Below are positions 27,001 to 36,900 of a stretch of DNA of 64,000 nt, piece after piece; the first letter of the stretch is position 1, and every line of letters starts with the position of its first letter. The stretch comes from a virus. The notes under the pieces were generated by a model, which did not search any database, had not been told where the DNA came from, and saw only the letters and a program-made list of their open reading frames with translations. Position numbers and translations under genes: made by a program. The DNA lies in IMG/VR virus record IMGVR_UViG_3300032213_003144, positions 96,001 to 160,000 of that record; one strand, 5' to 3'.

Positions 27001-29131
27001 AGAAGCACGCGATGCTGCCAGAAAAGAACGCAGAAAGAGATTGGATGAGTCTTTCGATAGATACGTCAAGTCACAAGGAAAGACCAAAGATGTCGCTCCA
27101 GAAGAAGATGATGAACCAGAGGTGGAGGACGAATCTGGCGGTTTTGACTCTGGTGACCCTGATTTTGTTGATGTTGCTGGACCTGATGATGATGGAGCTG
27201 AAGAATTCGACGAAGAAGATGGCGACGTGCAGTCACTCTCCCTTTCTTCAGGAGCAAAGAAGAAGAAAACCAATAGGGCAAATAGGCGTCTTCCATTTAG
27301 TGAGCAAGAGAGACAAAGCCTTGCCGATGGAGACATATTGCGCTCAAAGAAAATACCCAAGAAGCGCAAACCAGCTCCGTCAAAAGAGGAGTTTGACGAC
27401 CTAGCTCTTGCCTCTGGAGCCAATACACCAGAGGGAAGATACGCCAGAAGACTGAGGTCGATAAGCCTTTCCAGCGGCAACAATGAGCTTGGCGCTGGAG
27501 CACAGAATCAAAGAATAAGTGGAAAGAGATTCGCCCGCAATATTTCCGGACCAAAAGACCTTGCATCGATAAGAGTTGATGGTGACCCAAGTAAAGACCC
27601 AAACGCAAAGAGAAAAATTGAATATGCGATGAGTTTCTGGCGTGGTGTCAGGGAACGCGGAATTGCTTTTGACCCCCAAGACGCATCACAAGATAGAAAG
27701 TCGATAGAAATTAATAACGCCATTTCTTCTGTGTCAAAATCCATGGCTACGCGACCAAAAGCCAAAATTGGTAAAGTTTCACAGAATCAAATAAAAGATG
27801 ATGTGAACCCAGACGAGTGGTTTGTCCCAGTATCAAAACTTAGGGATGCAATCAGAATTCCAACAGAATTCTCCAACTCCCCCGCGGACCCATCCAATCC
27901 AAATAGCAGAATGATTGCACGATGGACCCAAACAAGGCCATTAAGCAACGAAGAGTTGGGCAAGATGCTCTCTCTCAGCAAGACCGACATTGCAAAACTG
28001 TCAGACGATGATGCAGGAATAACCCACGACTCGGTTAGATTCCTGCTTGCGGCCATGGGGCAGCAGGAAGGTTTTGAGGCATGGAACTTTTTTGCTCCAA
28101 CATCTACTACCGAAGATGGAGTTTCCGCCATGTCTACTTCTGAGAAGTTCGTAGAGAATCTCGGAAGAGCCAACATGCGAGACAGGTTCATCATCGAAAC
28201 CTTTGGAAAAGACGCTTTCCCTTACTGGATTGACAAAGATGAGAATACCGTCATCGGCCAAAAGGAGTACTCATCGCTAGGCGAGGTCAGCGAGATGTCG
28301 AAGTTCAGGTCATCGGGTCTGTTTAGTAATAAGAGGAACGAATCAAACTTCTCCTCAACAGCCGAGGAGATGCTTCTTGAAGAGGCAGTATTTGGTGGAG
28401 ATGACACTCCAAGCGACATGGTTAAGCAGTCTGTCGTGGAAGCAGCTTCAGCCCCATCAGACAAGACCAGCCGAGAGCAGTTTGACGTAGACCAGCTCCT
28501 TGAGTCGTTGGGTATCGATAAGAGTGATAAGTGGCATGAAGAGCTGAAGAGGAGAATGGTCGAGTCTTTCGGGGTTGACGATGTCGGCCTGAATACGAGA
28601 GAGATTGCTAGAAACTGGGAGGCCGGTGGAGTCCCAACTACATACATAAATGAGATGATTAGAACAGGGATGATTCCTGATGCAAAGTCGGTATGGAAGA
28701 AAGATGAATCTGGCAAAAAGCTAGACCAAGAGCTGGCAGCATCTAAGCACTCCGTGTATGAAGCCCTGTATGAATTTACTCAGTCAAAGCACGCTGCTGA
28801 TAAAGCCAAAAACACTAGACGGAATAGGGACTACATCCTTAATTCTTCTGACTTCACGGTCTCCCATAAGGGTGTCGCTGCCAGAAAGGGAGCCACATTC
28901 TCAAAGAAAACTGGTGATGAAAGAAGATTCAGTCAGGGCGAACTACAGAATGTTGTAAATCGTTTTAATGAAATTTTTGGAACTAACTACAAGATTGATG
29001 ACATCTTTAGTGCTGAACAGTTGCGCAATGCAACAAAGAGATTGAGAGAGGAAGGCAGGACTCTGTATGGAGATGACGCCTCCGAACTCGGTAAAAGAGT
29101 TATCCTTAAGAAAGATAAAGACAAGAAGTAA
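18047..29131 (+). CDS. Giant prohead protease (HK97 family) fusion carrying KTSC, HTH, ArdC-zincin and SF1 (UvrD-like) helicase domains
   Basis: Protease: WGHNWNDPIG, WSIGY, EVSPVLHGAN. KTSC-like: IDYDPQNGDLTVYYRDG. ArdC-like: PWR..LYQGMN..LLHELTHWTG..YAYEELIAE. Helicase: AGAGSGKTT, DEAQD, VGDSRQAIYGFRGA, TVHVSKGREW, YIAITRA. Start may be ATG 18059. Confidence 0.9.
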   Translation: MVPKMSNEAFEYKSSAHGSQSIKGTVSLDEAQGIVECFVAGIGNKDSVGDVCASGAFTKSLLRRKPRVVWGHNWNDPIGKVLEIYEVGPQDPRLPLKMKLAGIGGLFAKVQFNLSSEKGKEAFANVHFFGEEQEWSIGYKTLRAQFDQKSQANILYEVELYEVSPVLHGANQLTGTISVKADDSAYGGSVAMMPQREESNGYEEMEKELSNLFGAKVSVHSIDGDEVVFTRQEMNGAKKYKCGFMRNQGRYMFGTPEVINIPQSPVRSPQSAPMPVVSGRPTPPNDPQRVIRPQQMPSIPVAIKPSDNGLMMIPLPAVQYDSNEKPSLDKEEADLRDALLKIVSRHGKFNEDSNGVWAGYSPAEENEVARIGVKCSNCVFYQGGSKCKIIDMPVEPEGKCRFAVIPNGIVLSSGSKELEEHVSEAENAIIDVLELKYPGEFVLGIVRNAVGKKKKKRNKYKNLSEFGDDDDMGEKSYVIPVEPSFAFRVKTALDPIFDYHRAETFVDSEGIVITSGVTENLIDAVDTALHNLKKKFSEHEIEGKSLGYRIGRSLGSRLVDRPNLGGGRDRNNRGGGRGFGMPDGDLDPRTRVDKNRDGTLFDNVPGWEQPDPTPDGPGSINNRKLSSSQRRDVANIPSESVNPESVDGDVIKSRKPRYTADDLGEILGEKKKPTKKAVAKKSPVKKEKVKRGELDFAKGPKKDKTPSLSSGEERPPRTAVAMQMDPKNSKLARQIDYDPQNGDLTVYYRDGKKETFNDVPYDRVRKAGFDDKPDALISALQREQKKPQGRISLASGEQEKRLTRHSGDPKFESLVSPEELEKRKKFEEVIKDWKDSGYGWEDVPRYKPDVYKSPDYLRGREMGVNQAKVMWRGDSTVERPKGFNEKQKASLDYQEWYSRMVMRAGAFLEASRGDDNEFYNGMEDAMHEFMYNNRPDITTYNIDGDRKEPMADWMRQYGFDPGSPTPLRKKKEGKKRSSLSLSSGADDDTRPNFDEENYESDTNVDFYDTLLDMMGPEEERPKVTSRKKPKDMSDEEIYRKRTTTGASLQDVAEELGLTRMEVRKREQRHMRKMRNEKDGVSLSSGASDDWATSRGYEPDRFDLRETMNQIGRGNIMAISGGRVERRGNEMILPSTKDQQVVIGYNSVPDLYYVRAEQKINTGKDKGTNRILAQWDEVYADEIGELAYQASLKPANLNSENKEYWKLGKGNQFADRLVDRRSGKLVSRESRNLPSKPAPEESPTLSSGGRGRDYYNYDITTTDEGNGLLDQVHDYLEENPLIKDDITTDIADMLGGDGIVEANGFDTKKAFDLVTGGDDEFQDYMDIVDDAMEALSNGSLAKHKATVRDTNVRLESAKPGSNEAGKLEAIRDRSYEWIGDINKYSRVSTIKDKKNIEASDVATRMISKEQDSLWNARASITEKYIEDIASAGKESKRRVSISAVDTDSRDIPEYDLALSSGSVFKDKPASKTLSGKADGLSLASGENKKIYDEIGKSILEALIEMDKNPTATYWDVPWRTPTLYARNPTKNRLYQGMNSLLLANAHRQNKYRGNFWAGKTQWAKFGGTIKNGKDGVNILVPREGSTGKYFVVQTVYNLDDIEGLPDAYVKKLLDTGKELLDPATKIKDAESVMEEINPVIKFGGDAAYFSITNDHIQMPPYEMFKSPEQYYSTLLHELTHWTGGKSRLGRKQVGRQQDKKAYAYEELIAEMGSSFLLAALGIAPEVRQDHVVYIKSWISNLREDPGAFVRAMTEAQQAADWVMDRSPTMRRLSGVPDSERKGKPDAVDAGESAVSEVVEETKGSVTALSSGSQVGLRKAKELRYFGDEKEYGSGITQRDSSGRILDESGALSLSSGAKPIVSLDGKTTIPRLDDSVSYREKYKFLPDEFEPTEQQKASIDTLVHMLESETPGIVAIGAGAGSGKTTNLKQNARAVAALYPGKQIYYTVFNRGNAKDGNRVMPRNTGVATGNQIAYWSLVLGTGDAFYGAGTTRKIQLGVGPRDSKKLRGAKRNTVNVATTFEGETKEFAGEIPGYRELGYTSYDSAPNIAERLAKDGIVDEETDDGFTISQNLKKALGRFAESSDEKLSKQHFLLRDIEKIQALQNGEPVPTEDSIDEKMVQYAQMLWDETVDPKSNVLIPQDYQIKMWALTNPDLRYDKGLIGHRPNETVFDKVFLGTVEEMNSGKIKVGDLVEFKIPETGEKVAAVIRKLNPPSKKETKKGELSGSRQVTGTVSIVSVTSDKPLDVFMFDEAQDVNPVLAKVLADNAKNMPIIMVGDSRQAIYGFRGAMDALEKANATFRLPLTRSFRYGAIPAYLANVVLMQGNIDDFNFYQNMGTPEKNIWHHVVGEAQNVVINALNINGPDGKILPKKELEKKLKFIEVKYKLGGRAVDFKGKNEKEVKDIISKLYDEHVPRAEGQIVEDMTSADAVLTSTNSGVMVEALKVIQDGINAHQIAYLDLDGIEDIKNPEELAGRLRTLSEKYTLDGVAVDLIEILEKDGRDSMLNAVNELREEYAPGGADGKIPAIGIPADTHEKFLDFFTQLDWIIGDLDKKFGIEGRPKPSKLLKDVWRFDKKKGRYPSKDEMLAKIDKMIKGGESELRTLYNLAYPKSKDGGVRGDAKGARFFKDLLRPQGQKYTDINGTEVKYQGLRPMREGINLPNMESGRDHITTEEMDRVGKLKPGTKSGSSQKISWIIPKKEESVSDGEVFVKLHIGENGKPSGALIIAGDGAHGGKYKVRRWNKAKKTWSPIEEGKPGKIDYHGDISKVIKKMKAEYPDAVIEFRQGLIQQVGTAQTFPSDISDDFVPPMKGDLPDSSVPRASLPGFFIQGKDSEETARLANELGNRVRQLATEGNTDTDIMTVHVSKGREWKRVRLADDFKNPEDMVPVIPEEELAKLSPKDRLAVERQLQLMRREEHNKVYIAITRAQEQIDIGAVLAKLYFDDSQNASIKSAKDKIAENPDGIYDELQAPAGFYVPYSGDTEARDAARKERRKRLDESFDRYVKSQGKTKDVAPEEDDEPEVEDESGGFDSGDPDFVDVAGPDDDGAEEFDEEDGDVQSLSLSSGAKKKKTNRANRRLPFSEQERQSLADGDILRSKKIPKKRKPAPSKEEFDDLALASGANTPEGRYARRLRSISLSSGNNELGAGAQNQRISGKRFARNISGPKDLASIRVDGDPSKDPNAKRKIEYAMSFWRGVRERGIAFDPQDASQDRKSIEINNAISSVSKSMATRPKAKIGKVSQNQIKDDVNPDEWFVPVSKLRDAIRIPTEFSNSPADPSNPNSRMIARWTQTRPLSNEELGKMLSLSKTDIAKLSDDDAGITHDSVRFLLAAMGQQEGFEAWNFFAPTSTTEDGVSAMSTSEKFVENLGRANMRDRFIIETFGKDAFPYWIDKDENTVIGQKEYSSLGEVSEMSKFRSSGLFSNKRNESNFSSTAEEMLLEEAVFGGDDTPSDMVKQSVVEAASAPSDKTSREQFDVDQLLESLGIDKSDKWHEELKRRMVESFGVDDVGLNTREIARNWEAGGVPTTYINEMIRTGMIPDAKSVWKKDESGKKLDQELAASKHSVYEALYEFTQSKHAADKAKNTRRNRDYILNSSDFTVSHKGVAARKGATFSKKTGDERRFSQGELQNVVNRFNEIFGTNYKIDDIFSAEQLRNATKRLREEGRTLYGDDASELGKRVILKKDKDKK

Positions 29132-29271
29132 GACGAAGGTCCAGGGTCTACATTTCCATCTAAACCACTAAATATTGCTAATCCATTCCAGAGGCGCGTG
29201 GTAGGTTATAATTTAGACCATTAACAAAAGGTAACACCAACTGGTGATTGCCTGTAAATTTCAGGAGTCAT

Positions 29272-30924
29272 ATGAGCTACGACGAAAAGGCCAATGTAAG
29301 CATCGATGCTGATGGAAACGTGCTGAAGTGCGCCAAGGGTGCCGCCCCTACCGAATGTGGCTTTGTAAAGGGTTCAGAGTTGTGCGCAAAATGTGGCGCG
29401 ATACCTTTACAGATGAAGATGGTCCCGATGGAAGACATGGTCGACGAGGACATGGTCGACGCCGAAAAGCCAATGAAGAAAAAGAATAAGAAGAAAATGA
29501 TTTCACTTCCAGATGGAAGCAATGAAGAAGAAGATGATGACGAAGAAGATGATGAAGTACTGGGCGACGGAGAGATTCCGGAAGATGCCGTTGGCATGAC
29601 AAAGCCAGACCTCAAGAAGCCAAGCCAAAAAGGCATGGACATGCAAATGGACGCCATGATGGCAGAGGGTGAAGAAGAAGACGAAGATGACGAAGAAGAA
29701 GACGAAGAAGAAATAACCGCCGCAGAGGGAATGGAAGACGAAGACATGTCTGAAGAGGAGCTTGAAAAAGCGCTCAACTGGATGAAGAGTCGTCGCATGG
29801 CCGAAAAGGGCGACATGGAAGTTGACGAAGAAATCGATGAAGAAGTCTCGGCAGAAACAGAAGTTCCTGAAGATGAAATGTCGGAAGACGACATCATGAA
29901 AGCATTGAATTACGTTCGCAAAATGAAGAAAATGCACGAGAAGGGTATTGACCCAGAGGAAGAAACCGACGAGCAAGTACTTTTCGATGCAGCAGACAAG
30001 GATTGGAATGACCTGAGAGAAGAGCGAATTGCATCGCTTGGAATCAAGTCGGAAGAAATTGGTCCTGACGGCTTTGTTTGTGCTCTTGACAGAAAAGCAC
30101 ATCCAGCAGGAATGTCGGTATGTGATGACTGCCCGGGCGGATGTGTTTCCGAAAAGGGACTCCCAGGACTTCTCCACGTTGAAGGTCTCGCCGAAAAAGC
30201 ATTTGATGGTTTTGTGGTTGACTCTGGTTATTCATCAGATGCCGACATGTTCGTCATCGACGTTCAGACAAAGGACGGCTCAGTCAAGGAAGTATTCGTT
30301 GACGGAACAACTGCGGAAATTATGGGATTCCATAAACTTGACTCAGAAGAGTTTGAACAAAAATCAGACTACACAAGTTTGAAACTTGTCGATTTTTCGG
30401 AAGCAGCAGAGATTGCTGTTAAGTCAATCGAGGGCCACGTAGTTGCTGTTGAGCCAGATGTTTTTGAAGGCTTCGATGCATACGCTGTAGAAATTGACGG
30501 AATTGACGGAAAGTCGTATGACGTTTTTGTTGCTTTGGACGGAGAAATTCTAGGTTACGACAAGTACGAGCCTGAAGAAGCAGAAGAGATTGAAGCAGAA
30601 GCAGCAGAGATTGCTCTTAAGAGAGCATTCACCGATGAGCAGAGAGAGTCGATGTCCAAAGAGGGCTCGGCAATGTCGGATGGCTCGTACCCAATTGCAT
30701 CTGAGAACGACCTACGAAATGCTGTTCAGGCTTTTGGTAGAGCAAAGGATAAAGACAAAGCTAAGCGTCACATCATGAAGAGAGCACGTGAGCTAAAGTT
30801 GGAGAGTCTTATCCCTGCAAATTGGCTCGCAGGAAGCAAGGAAAAGAGTGACGAGGTTGTAAATGATGCAGATTTCATGGCGGCCCTTGTTGAATTCCAG
30901 CTTCTCGAAAATAACATCGACTAA
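29272..30924 (+). CDS. Acidic head-associated protein (scaffold-like) with Cys clusters and PepSY-like repeats
   Basis: AGGAG SD before ATG 29272; D/E tracts; two Cys clusters; EVFVDGTTAEI and DVFVALDGEIL PepSY-like ends; C-terminal DGSYPI...DLRNAVQAFGRA. Confidence 0.6.
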   Translation: MSYDEKANVSIDADGNVLKCAKGAAPTECGFVKGSELCAKCGAIPLQMKMVPMEDMVDEDMVDAEKPMKKKNKKKMISLPDGSNEEEDDDEEDDEVLGDGEIPEDAVGMTKPDLKKPSQKGMDMQMDAMMAEGEEEDEDDEEEDEEEITAAEGMEDEDMSEEELEKALNWMKSRRMAEKGDMEVDEEIDEEVSAETEVPEDEMSEDDIMKALNYVRKMKKMHEKGIDPEEETDEQVLFDAADKDWNDLREERIASLGIKSEEIGPDGFVCALDRKAHPAGMSVCDDCPGGCVSEKGLPGLLHVEGLAEKAFDGFVVDSGYSSDADMFVIDVQTKDGSVKEVFVDGTTAEIMGFHKLDSEEFEQKSDYTSLKLVDFSEAAEIAVKSIEGHVVAVEPDVFEGFDAYAVEIDGIDGKSYDVFVALDGEILGYDKYEPEEAEEIEAEAAEIALKRAFTDEQRESMSKEGSAMSDGSYPIASENDLRNAVQAFGRAKDKDKAKRHIMKRARELKLESLIPANWLAGSKEKSDEVVNDADFMAALVEFQLLENNID

Positions 30925-30944
30925 CGGCATCATGGATACCCGCT

Positions 30945-33900
30945 ATGACGGGTGATAGAAACAAGACACGAGTAATCGTTTCTCAACGATTGATATCGCC
31001 TCTATCGTGCTGCAATAATTTCAATTCAAAAGCACTTGAATTCCGCTCGTCTGTAGTTCAGTCTCTTAGTTCTTCACGGCTTGATGCTGACGCAGCAGTT
31101 AAGGCTGCAATGGGCAAAAAACCGACATACGAAGATACAGATAATAGAAAACGTGAATTCACTGGAACAACAAAACCGGGTGTGACAGAGATTGCACCAG
31201 GAATCCGAGTCGAGGGGAATCAGGCTTGGGAAGAAGGCCGTGGCTTGGTTTTATACCCTAGCTGGAAATCAAAACGCTCCATGGACCTGGACGCAAATTT
31301 TGGTTGGATTAAAACAGAGAAAGATATAGATTTTCAAGCTGCGCAGAAAAAAAGAAAAGAAAAACCACAGCTTCAGTTCACCAAGTATCAGGTGAGTAAA
31401 AAAACAGGCGACGTAATACCTGATTCAGAAGTAAATATAGACATGGCTTACCCACATCTTGGTTTGTCGAGAGCGCAAAGAAGAAAAAAGAATAACTATA
31501 TAAGCAATCCAAAAATGGAATTTAAGGCTGGTCTTCCTGGTCGCTCTCTTGAATCCAGAGTTCCCGGCGGTAACCTCTTGGCAAGAACTGCAGGACGATT
31601 TGGAATAATGAGGGATGCTGCTAACAAATTTAGGTGCCCACCAGGAACACCAGCGGCAAACCAATTCACAGACCACCTTGGCTCCAACTGTTTTGGCGTT
31701 AGTGCTGAGAGAGCTGCCAAGTTCATAGCTGAAAAAATTTCAGATTTAATGAAGGTTAATGACGACTCAATTTCTCTTTCTTCTGGGGCAAAGTCAACAT
31801 GGAGAGAAAGACTCGGACTTGCTAGGCCAGATGTTGAGTTACCTGGTAGAAGCCCATCTTTTGATTTGGAGACAGGGGACAGAATACCGACAACGCCGGC
31901 TGAGATTGTTGATGTCCCAGGCAGGTTGAGATGGTTTAAGAATGCGACCGTAAATGCACAGAGAAACCTTGCTCGCTCTGAAAGCGTTATCCAAAAGCTT
32001 GAGTCAAGAATGGTCACTGGTGATTTCACCCCAGAGCAAAGAGCGGTAAACGCAGACAGGCATGCATTACTCCAAATATTATCAAATAGAGGAATTTGGG
32101 ATATAAATATTGAGGGAAGGTTGTCTGAGAGTGAAGTAAATGAACTTATTGCTTCAAGGCTTGAATCAATTCCAGAGTGGTCTTCGTTAACGGATGAAGA
32201 AAAACTAGCACTATTCACTGCTGACAAAAAAAGATTTTACGAGACAGAGAGGGCGATGCTTGACTCGCTTCTTGAACAGTTTGTTATTCGCCCAGAACAC
32301 ATGAGGACGATAGGGACAGTGCAGTTCCGTCAAGCAGCCCTTCCAGGAAACTCTGAAGCAGACACGCTCTGGGATGCTGGAACAAAAGGTGCAGAAATAA
32401 AATCAGTCATAAGAATAAACCTTGCACAAATAATGGAAAACCAGGAAAGCCTTATTCCAAATATGTCGGCAAGTGAGAGATTGGTTATTTCAGCTGTTGG
32501 CGCAAAGACCGATGCCGAAGCACTAGCTTCTGTTGCTGACTTCCTAATAAATACCGAATACACAGCACGTGGCATGGCTGGATTAATTGATGGGCCACGT
32601 TCTTTTGCCCGCCACATTATGTTGCACGAAATTGCCCATACAATCCAGGGCGAAGCATTTCTCGCAACAATAAAACAACAGATAGATGCAGTTGGTTACG
32701 TACAGGTTCCAGTTGTTAAGGATGGCAAATTTACTGGTGCTCTTAAAGAGGTGTCTGATTTCAAAAAATTGACAGGGATGGACCTTTCTGCTTTAGTGAT
32801 TAGTTCCCAGGACGATATAAATCTGACAGCACTCGAAGAAACAATGTCGAAAATTGAAAATGTTGCATTTTTAGCTGGAAGCTACCCTGGTCAATACAAA
32901 AACCCAGAAAAAATGGAGGTGTACGCACTTGAGTCGACTGCTGAGCTTTGGGGGCTAAGGGAAGAAGGTCTAATATTTGGTGACGACATAGATGATGCGC
33001 TTGGGTTCATGGATGACGCAATAGGAGCAAAAGCTTCTGAGGCTAGAGCAGCAACCGACCTTGAGATGCTTGAGAAGCTTGAGGAGTCATACTTCTCGCC
33101 GTATGAAAGAGGCGAAGATGTTCTTCCTATCAGAAAGCATCTACGCTCTGCAATTGAATTAGATAAAAAAGCAATTGCCATAAAACGTGAAGAACGTGAA
33201 ATAGCTGCGCACAGGGAAGAAATAAAAGATTTAGACCAAGACGGACTTGCTGAAAAACTTGCTGACACTATTTTTGAGATTGAAATACGGAAAGACATAT
33301 TAAGTAATCTAGAGAAAGAAAGAATTGATACTGAAAAAGCCGGGCTTCCTCTTGAATCCATAGATGAGGAAATTGAGAGAATAAAATCACCACTTCGTTT
33401 ATTAGAGAAGAAGAAGCAAATAGAAATTGCAAAAAATAGAGATTTCAACTCTGACGGAAAATCTAAGTCGGATAAAGAAATAACAGATATGGCTCTTGAG
33501 ATTAACAGGGCAAAAACACCAGCTACAGAAGAGATGGTTAAGCGCAGAGAGACAGAAGCTCGCATTGACTCCCTACGTAGCGAGGCTGAATCGCTAGATG
33601 AAAAGTCCCTGATGAAGACAATTGCAGACTACGACCTGAAGGCTTCCTCGCTTAAGCCGGACAGCGACGAATACATAACCGCGGTTGCTGACAGAGAGAT
33701 ATTTATCCAACAGCACATAGCAAACCAGAGAGCCGCTGGCGACACAAGACCAGAGAGAGCAATTCGAAATGAATTGAAAGCAGAGATTACCAAAGAAATT
33801 ACAGCATCACGCAAGGCTGTAGACGAGGCAAAGAGGGGGAAACTCAAGCCCCAAAAGATGAAGAGCAAAGAACAAATTGCTCAGAACGCGAAGAAGGAAA

Positions 33901-36900
33901 GAGCAAAGCTCAGAAGGAACATCACAAAGCAGCAGTTCGAAGCAGTAAAAGAAATAGATGACTTCAATACCGCAGAGATAACGCAGATGCTTGAGCCGGA
34001 AAAGCAAGTTGTTATTGGAAGAGCTATAAATAAGAGAAATAATAGGTTAAAGAGACTCGGCCTTGAGTCCGACCCATCATCGGTAGATGAGGGCTCGCTT
34101 GATGAGCAGGTTGAAAACATACTCATACCTGCAATGGAAGCTATTGATGCTTCGGACATAACAACTCCATTCGAGATGGAAGTTTTCCTAGATTCATCAA
34201 AGCTCTCTCGTGTCAAGCCAGGCAAAGAAATAGATATCGACTCGTTTGGTCAAGGCAAGGTTCTTTCACGCTCCATGAAGCCTGGGAAGCCGGAAAAGGG
34301 TAGTAAGAAAAAGCGTGTTGTCGTTCAGGTCAAAGAAGGCGACAGGGGGCTATTTCCATTAGCCAAAAAAGGCGATGACCAGCAGTTCGTGATACCTCCT
34401 GGAAAACTACGCGTTGTTGGTAGGGATAAAGATGGAAGTCTCATTGTTGAGATTTCTTCGCAAAAGGACACCGTTGACGTTCTTGATGATTTGTCGAAAT
34501 CAATTGGTGATGGTCCTGGTGATGCAATCTGGCGACAAGGCGCAAAAAAGAAGATACAGCTTGTTGCAGATAGACACGCAGTTAAGAGAAAAGATGAAGT
34601 ATCTGGAACAAAGTCTGATGATGCGATAAAAGTGACCGAGACTAGCGAGTCAGTCGTTTCTGAGGTTTCTACCGCTGGAGCAGAATTTGGTGAAACTTCT
34701 TCAGAAAAGTTTTTGACACTTTCATCAAGCGCTGAATTAACTACCGAGTCGTTGAGAACAAAGAGACATGAGAAATACGGTGAAGTAATTGGCAAGCCAG
34801 GGGAAAGGTCTGAGTCGCTAAAATCTTCTATTGCAGCCTTGATGGACGAAGATAGAAATCTTGCTGCTTCTGTTGAAGAAATTCTAGACAATGAATCAAA
34901 TGAGCAGATAATAGAAAGAATAGAAACTGCTGCTCAGAAATTGCACTCCGGATTTGACAGAAGAGTTCGAGTCAGAATGAACGAAGATGATATTCGTGAG
35001 CTTGCAGAACAGAGAAAAATTAGGGCAATTCGGAACACCGATTCCTCTGTTTCTTCTGGGATGTCACGAAGAACTGAAAGACTTTCACTTTCTTCCGGCG
35101 AAAAGAAAATGTCAAGAAAAGATACCGAAGAAGCATTTGCGAAAAGAGTAAAAGAAAGAATAACGACAAAACTTTCCAGAATTCCGCCCCCAAAACTGGA
35201 AGAAGGATTGTCGCCATCGGAAGAGGAGAAAGCAATAAGAAAACATGTCGACAAATGGTTCGACAATCTTACCGATGCTGAGCTTGCTGAGCTAGGTGCA
35301 AAAAGATTTTATTTACCAGACGGAACACCACTATTATCTAAAACAACTGGAAGAGTTATCTATCAAACGGAAAACAATGAAGTTGCTGCATCCCTGCTTT
35401 CCCTGGGTCAAACAGTAGAAATGCCAGAACATAAGCGCGGCGAATCATTGATGGTCAAACAGGCCGCAAGTCAAATCAAGAAGGCACTTAAGGAACTTGC
35501 TAAGGAAAATCCGGGACAAATAGTTACTGCCGACTTATGCAAATTCTATGTTGAGGGTAAAAACGTATTCTGTAGCGAAAACCTAAAAGTTGACAGACTT
35601 GAAATGCCACAGGTTGGCGGAAGAGCCGTGAACAATGAATCGATGGCCCTGCGTCTATGGGGCTCTGGATTGGCGACTGCAGAAACAGTCGAAGCTCATC
35701 CAGCCTTTGAGAATGGGAAGCTAACCGTAGGGTTGAAGGCTCGGCTCGCTACTCTTGAAAATGGAACGATGGAGGCAGAAGAGCTTGAAAAAGATATCGA
35801 AGTCCTTCAACTTATTGGGACAGGATACGAGGGTGCCGGCGTTGAGCAAATAGCTATAACCCCAGAACAACAGCGAGTAATGGATAAGTACGGGGTAACC
35901 ATAACTGCCCGAGAACTTAAGAGACTTGGTGAGAAATGGAACAGAACAGCAACTGCTCGAATCGAGGGCAAAGAACCAGACCCAAGTGATGAGTTAACGG
36001 ATATAGAAAGAAAGAATTTCTTTGACAATATTGATTATTCAATGATTGAACCAGATGGCGTTGACGCATTTACTAATTTCTTAAAAATGCTTGGAGTTGG
36101 GATACAGGAAGACAGGGTTACCAAACCAGACGAACTCATGGCGTCACAACGCGAACTGGACGGCCCCAAGGTCGACAATATTAGCGAAAATATACTTCAA
36201 GCTGTTAAAAAGTTAACCGAAATAAAAGACCCCGCCGAAAAGAAGAAAGAAATTGAAAGACTAAGAAGGGAACACGGATTATTTAAGAAAATTCTTATAT
36301 CAAAAGAAGGCTACATAGTCGACGGACATCACAGAATAATAGGCAAAATTGTCACAAACGGTGTTCTTTCGGAAGATATTCCAGGGTTGGACCAAGACGA
36401 CCTGGACATTCTTGGATTGCCGGTCAGACAGATAGATATGGGAATTATCGAGCTTCTTACCGTGTCTCGCATATATCAAGACTTTCTTGGGATAAAACCT
36501 GCGTCACTTTCTGCAACTGACGACGACTCATTCAAAACAGCAGGAGTTGTTGGGAAGAAAAGCAAAAAAATCATAACCGATGCAGAAGACATGCATGGTA
36601 TAGATAAAATTCCAAAAATAACACAACAAGAATTCGATGATGAACACGAAAAACTCAAGACTCAACTTGAAGAAAAAACAGACGAAATATACGCGCGCGG
36701 ACAATTTATACAGGTTGACTCGGTCGGATTGAACAACACCAAAGAATCAAAATTGTATAAAGAAGTACAACTAAAAAGACAGAAAGAAGCGACTGCCAGG
36801 GTTGACGCTGGAAAAGCCAGGTCTCCTGGCCTCAAGGAAAACAGGGATAGGTCTGTTCGTGAGTATGGAATGAAATGGAAACCTGAGTACTCCGAGGTTA

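Noticed and set aside
23612-27235. Inteins as the cause of the long helicase insertions (also considered for terL and nrdJ)
   Set aside because: I recognised no C/S...HN-C/S/T splice junctions or LAGLIDADG motifs by eye.
29277-30177. Long antisense ORFs (206 and 224 aa) and many similar ones opposite the giant genes
   Set aside because: They are Ser/Phe-rich shadows of acidic or Lys-rich sense-strand codons, with no motifs or start signals.
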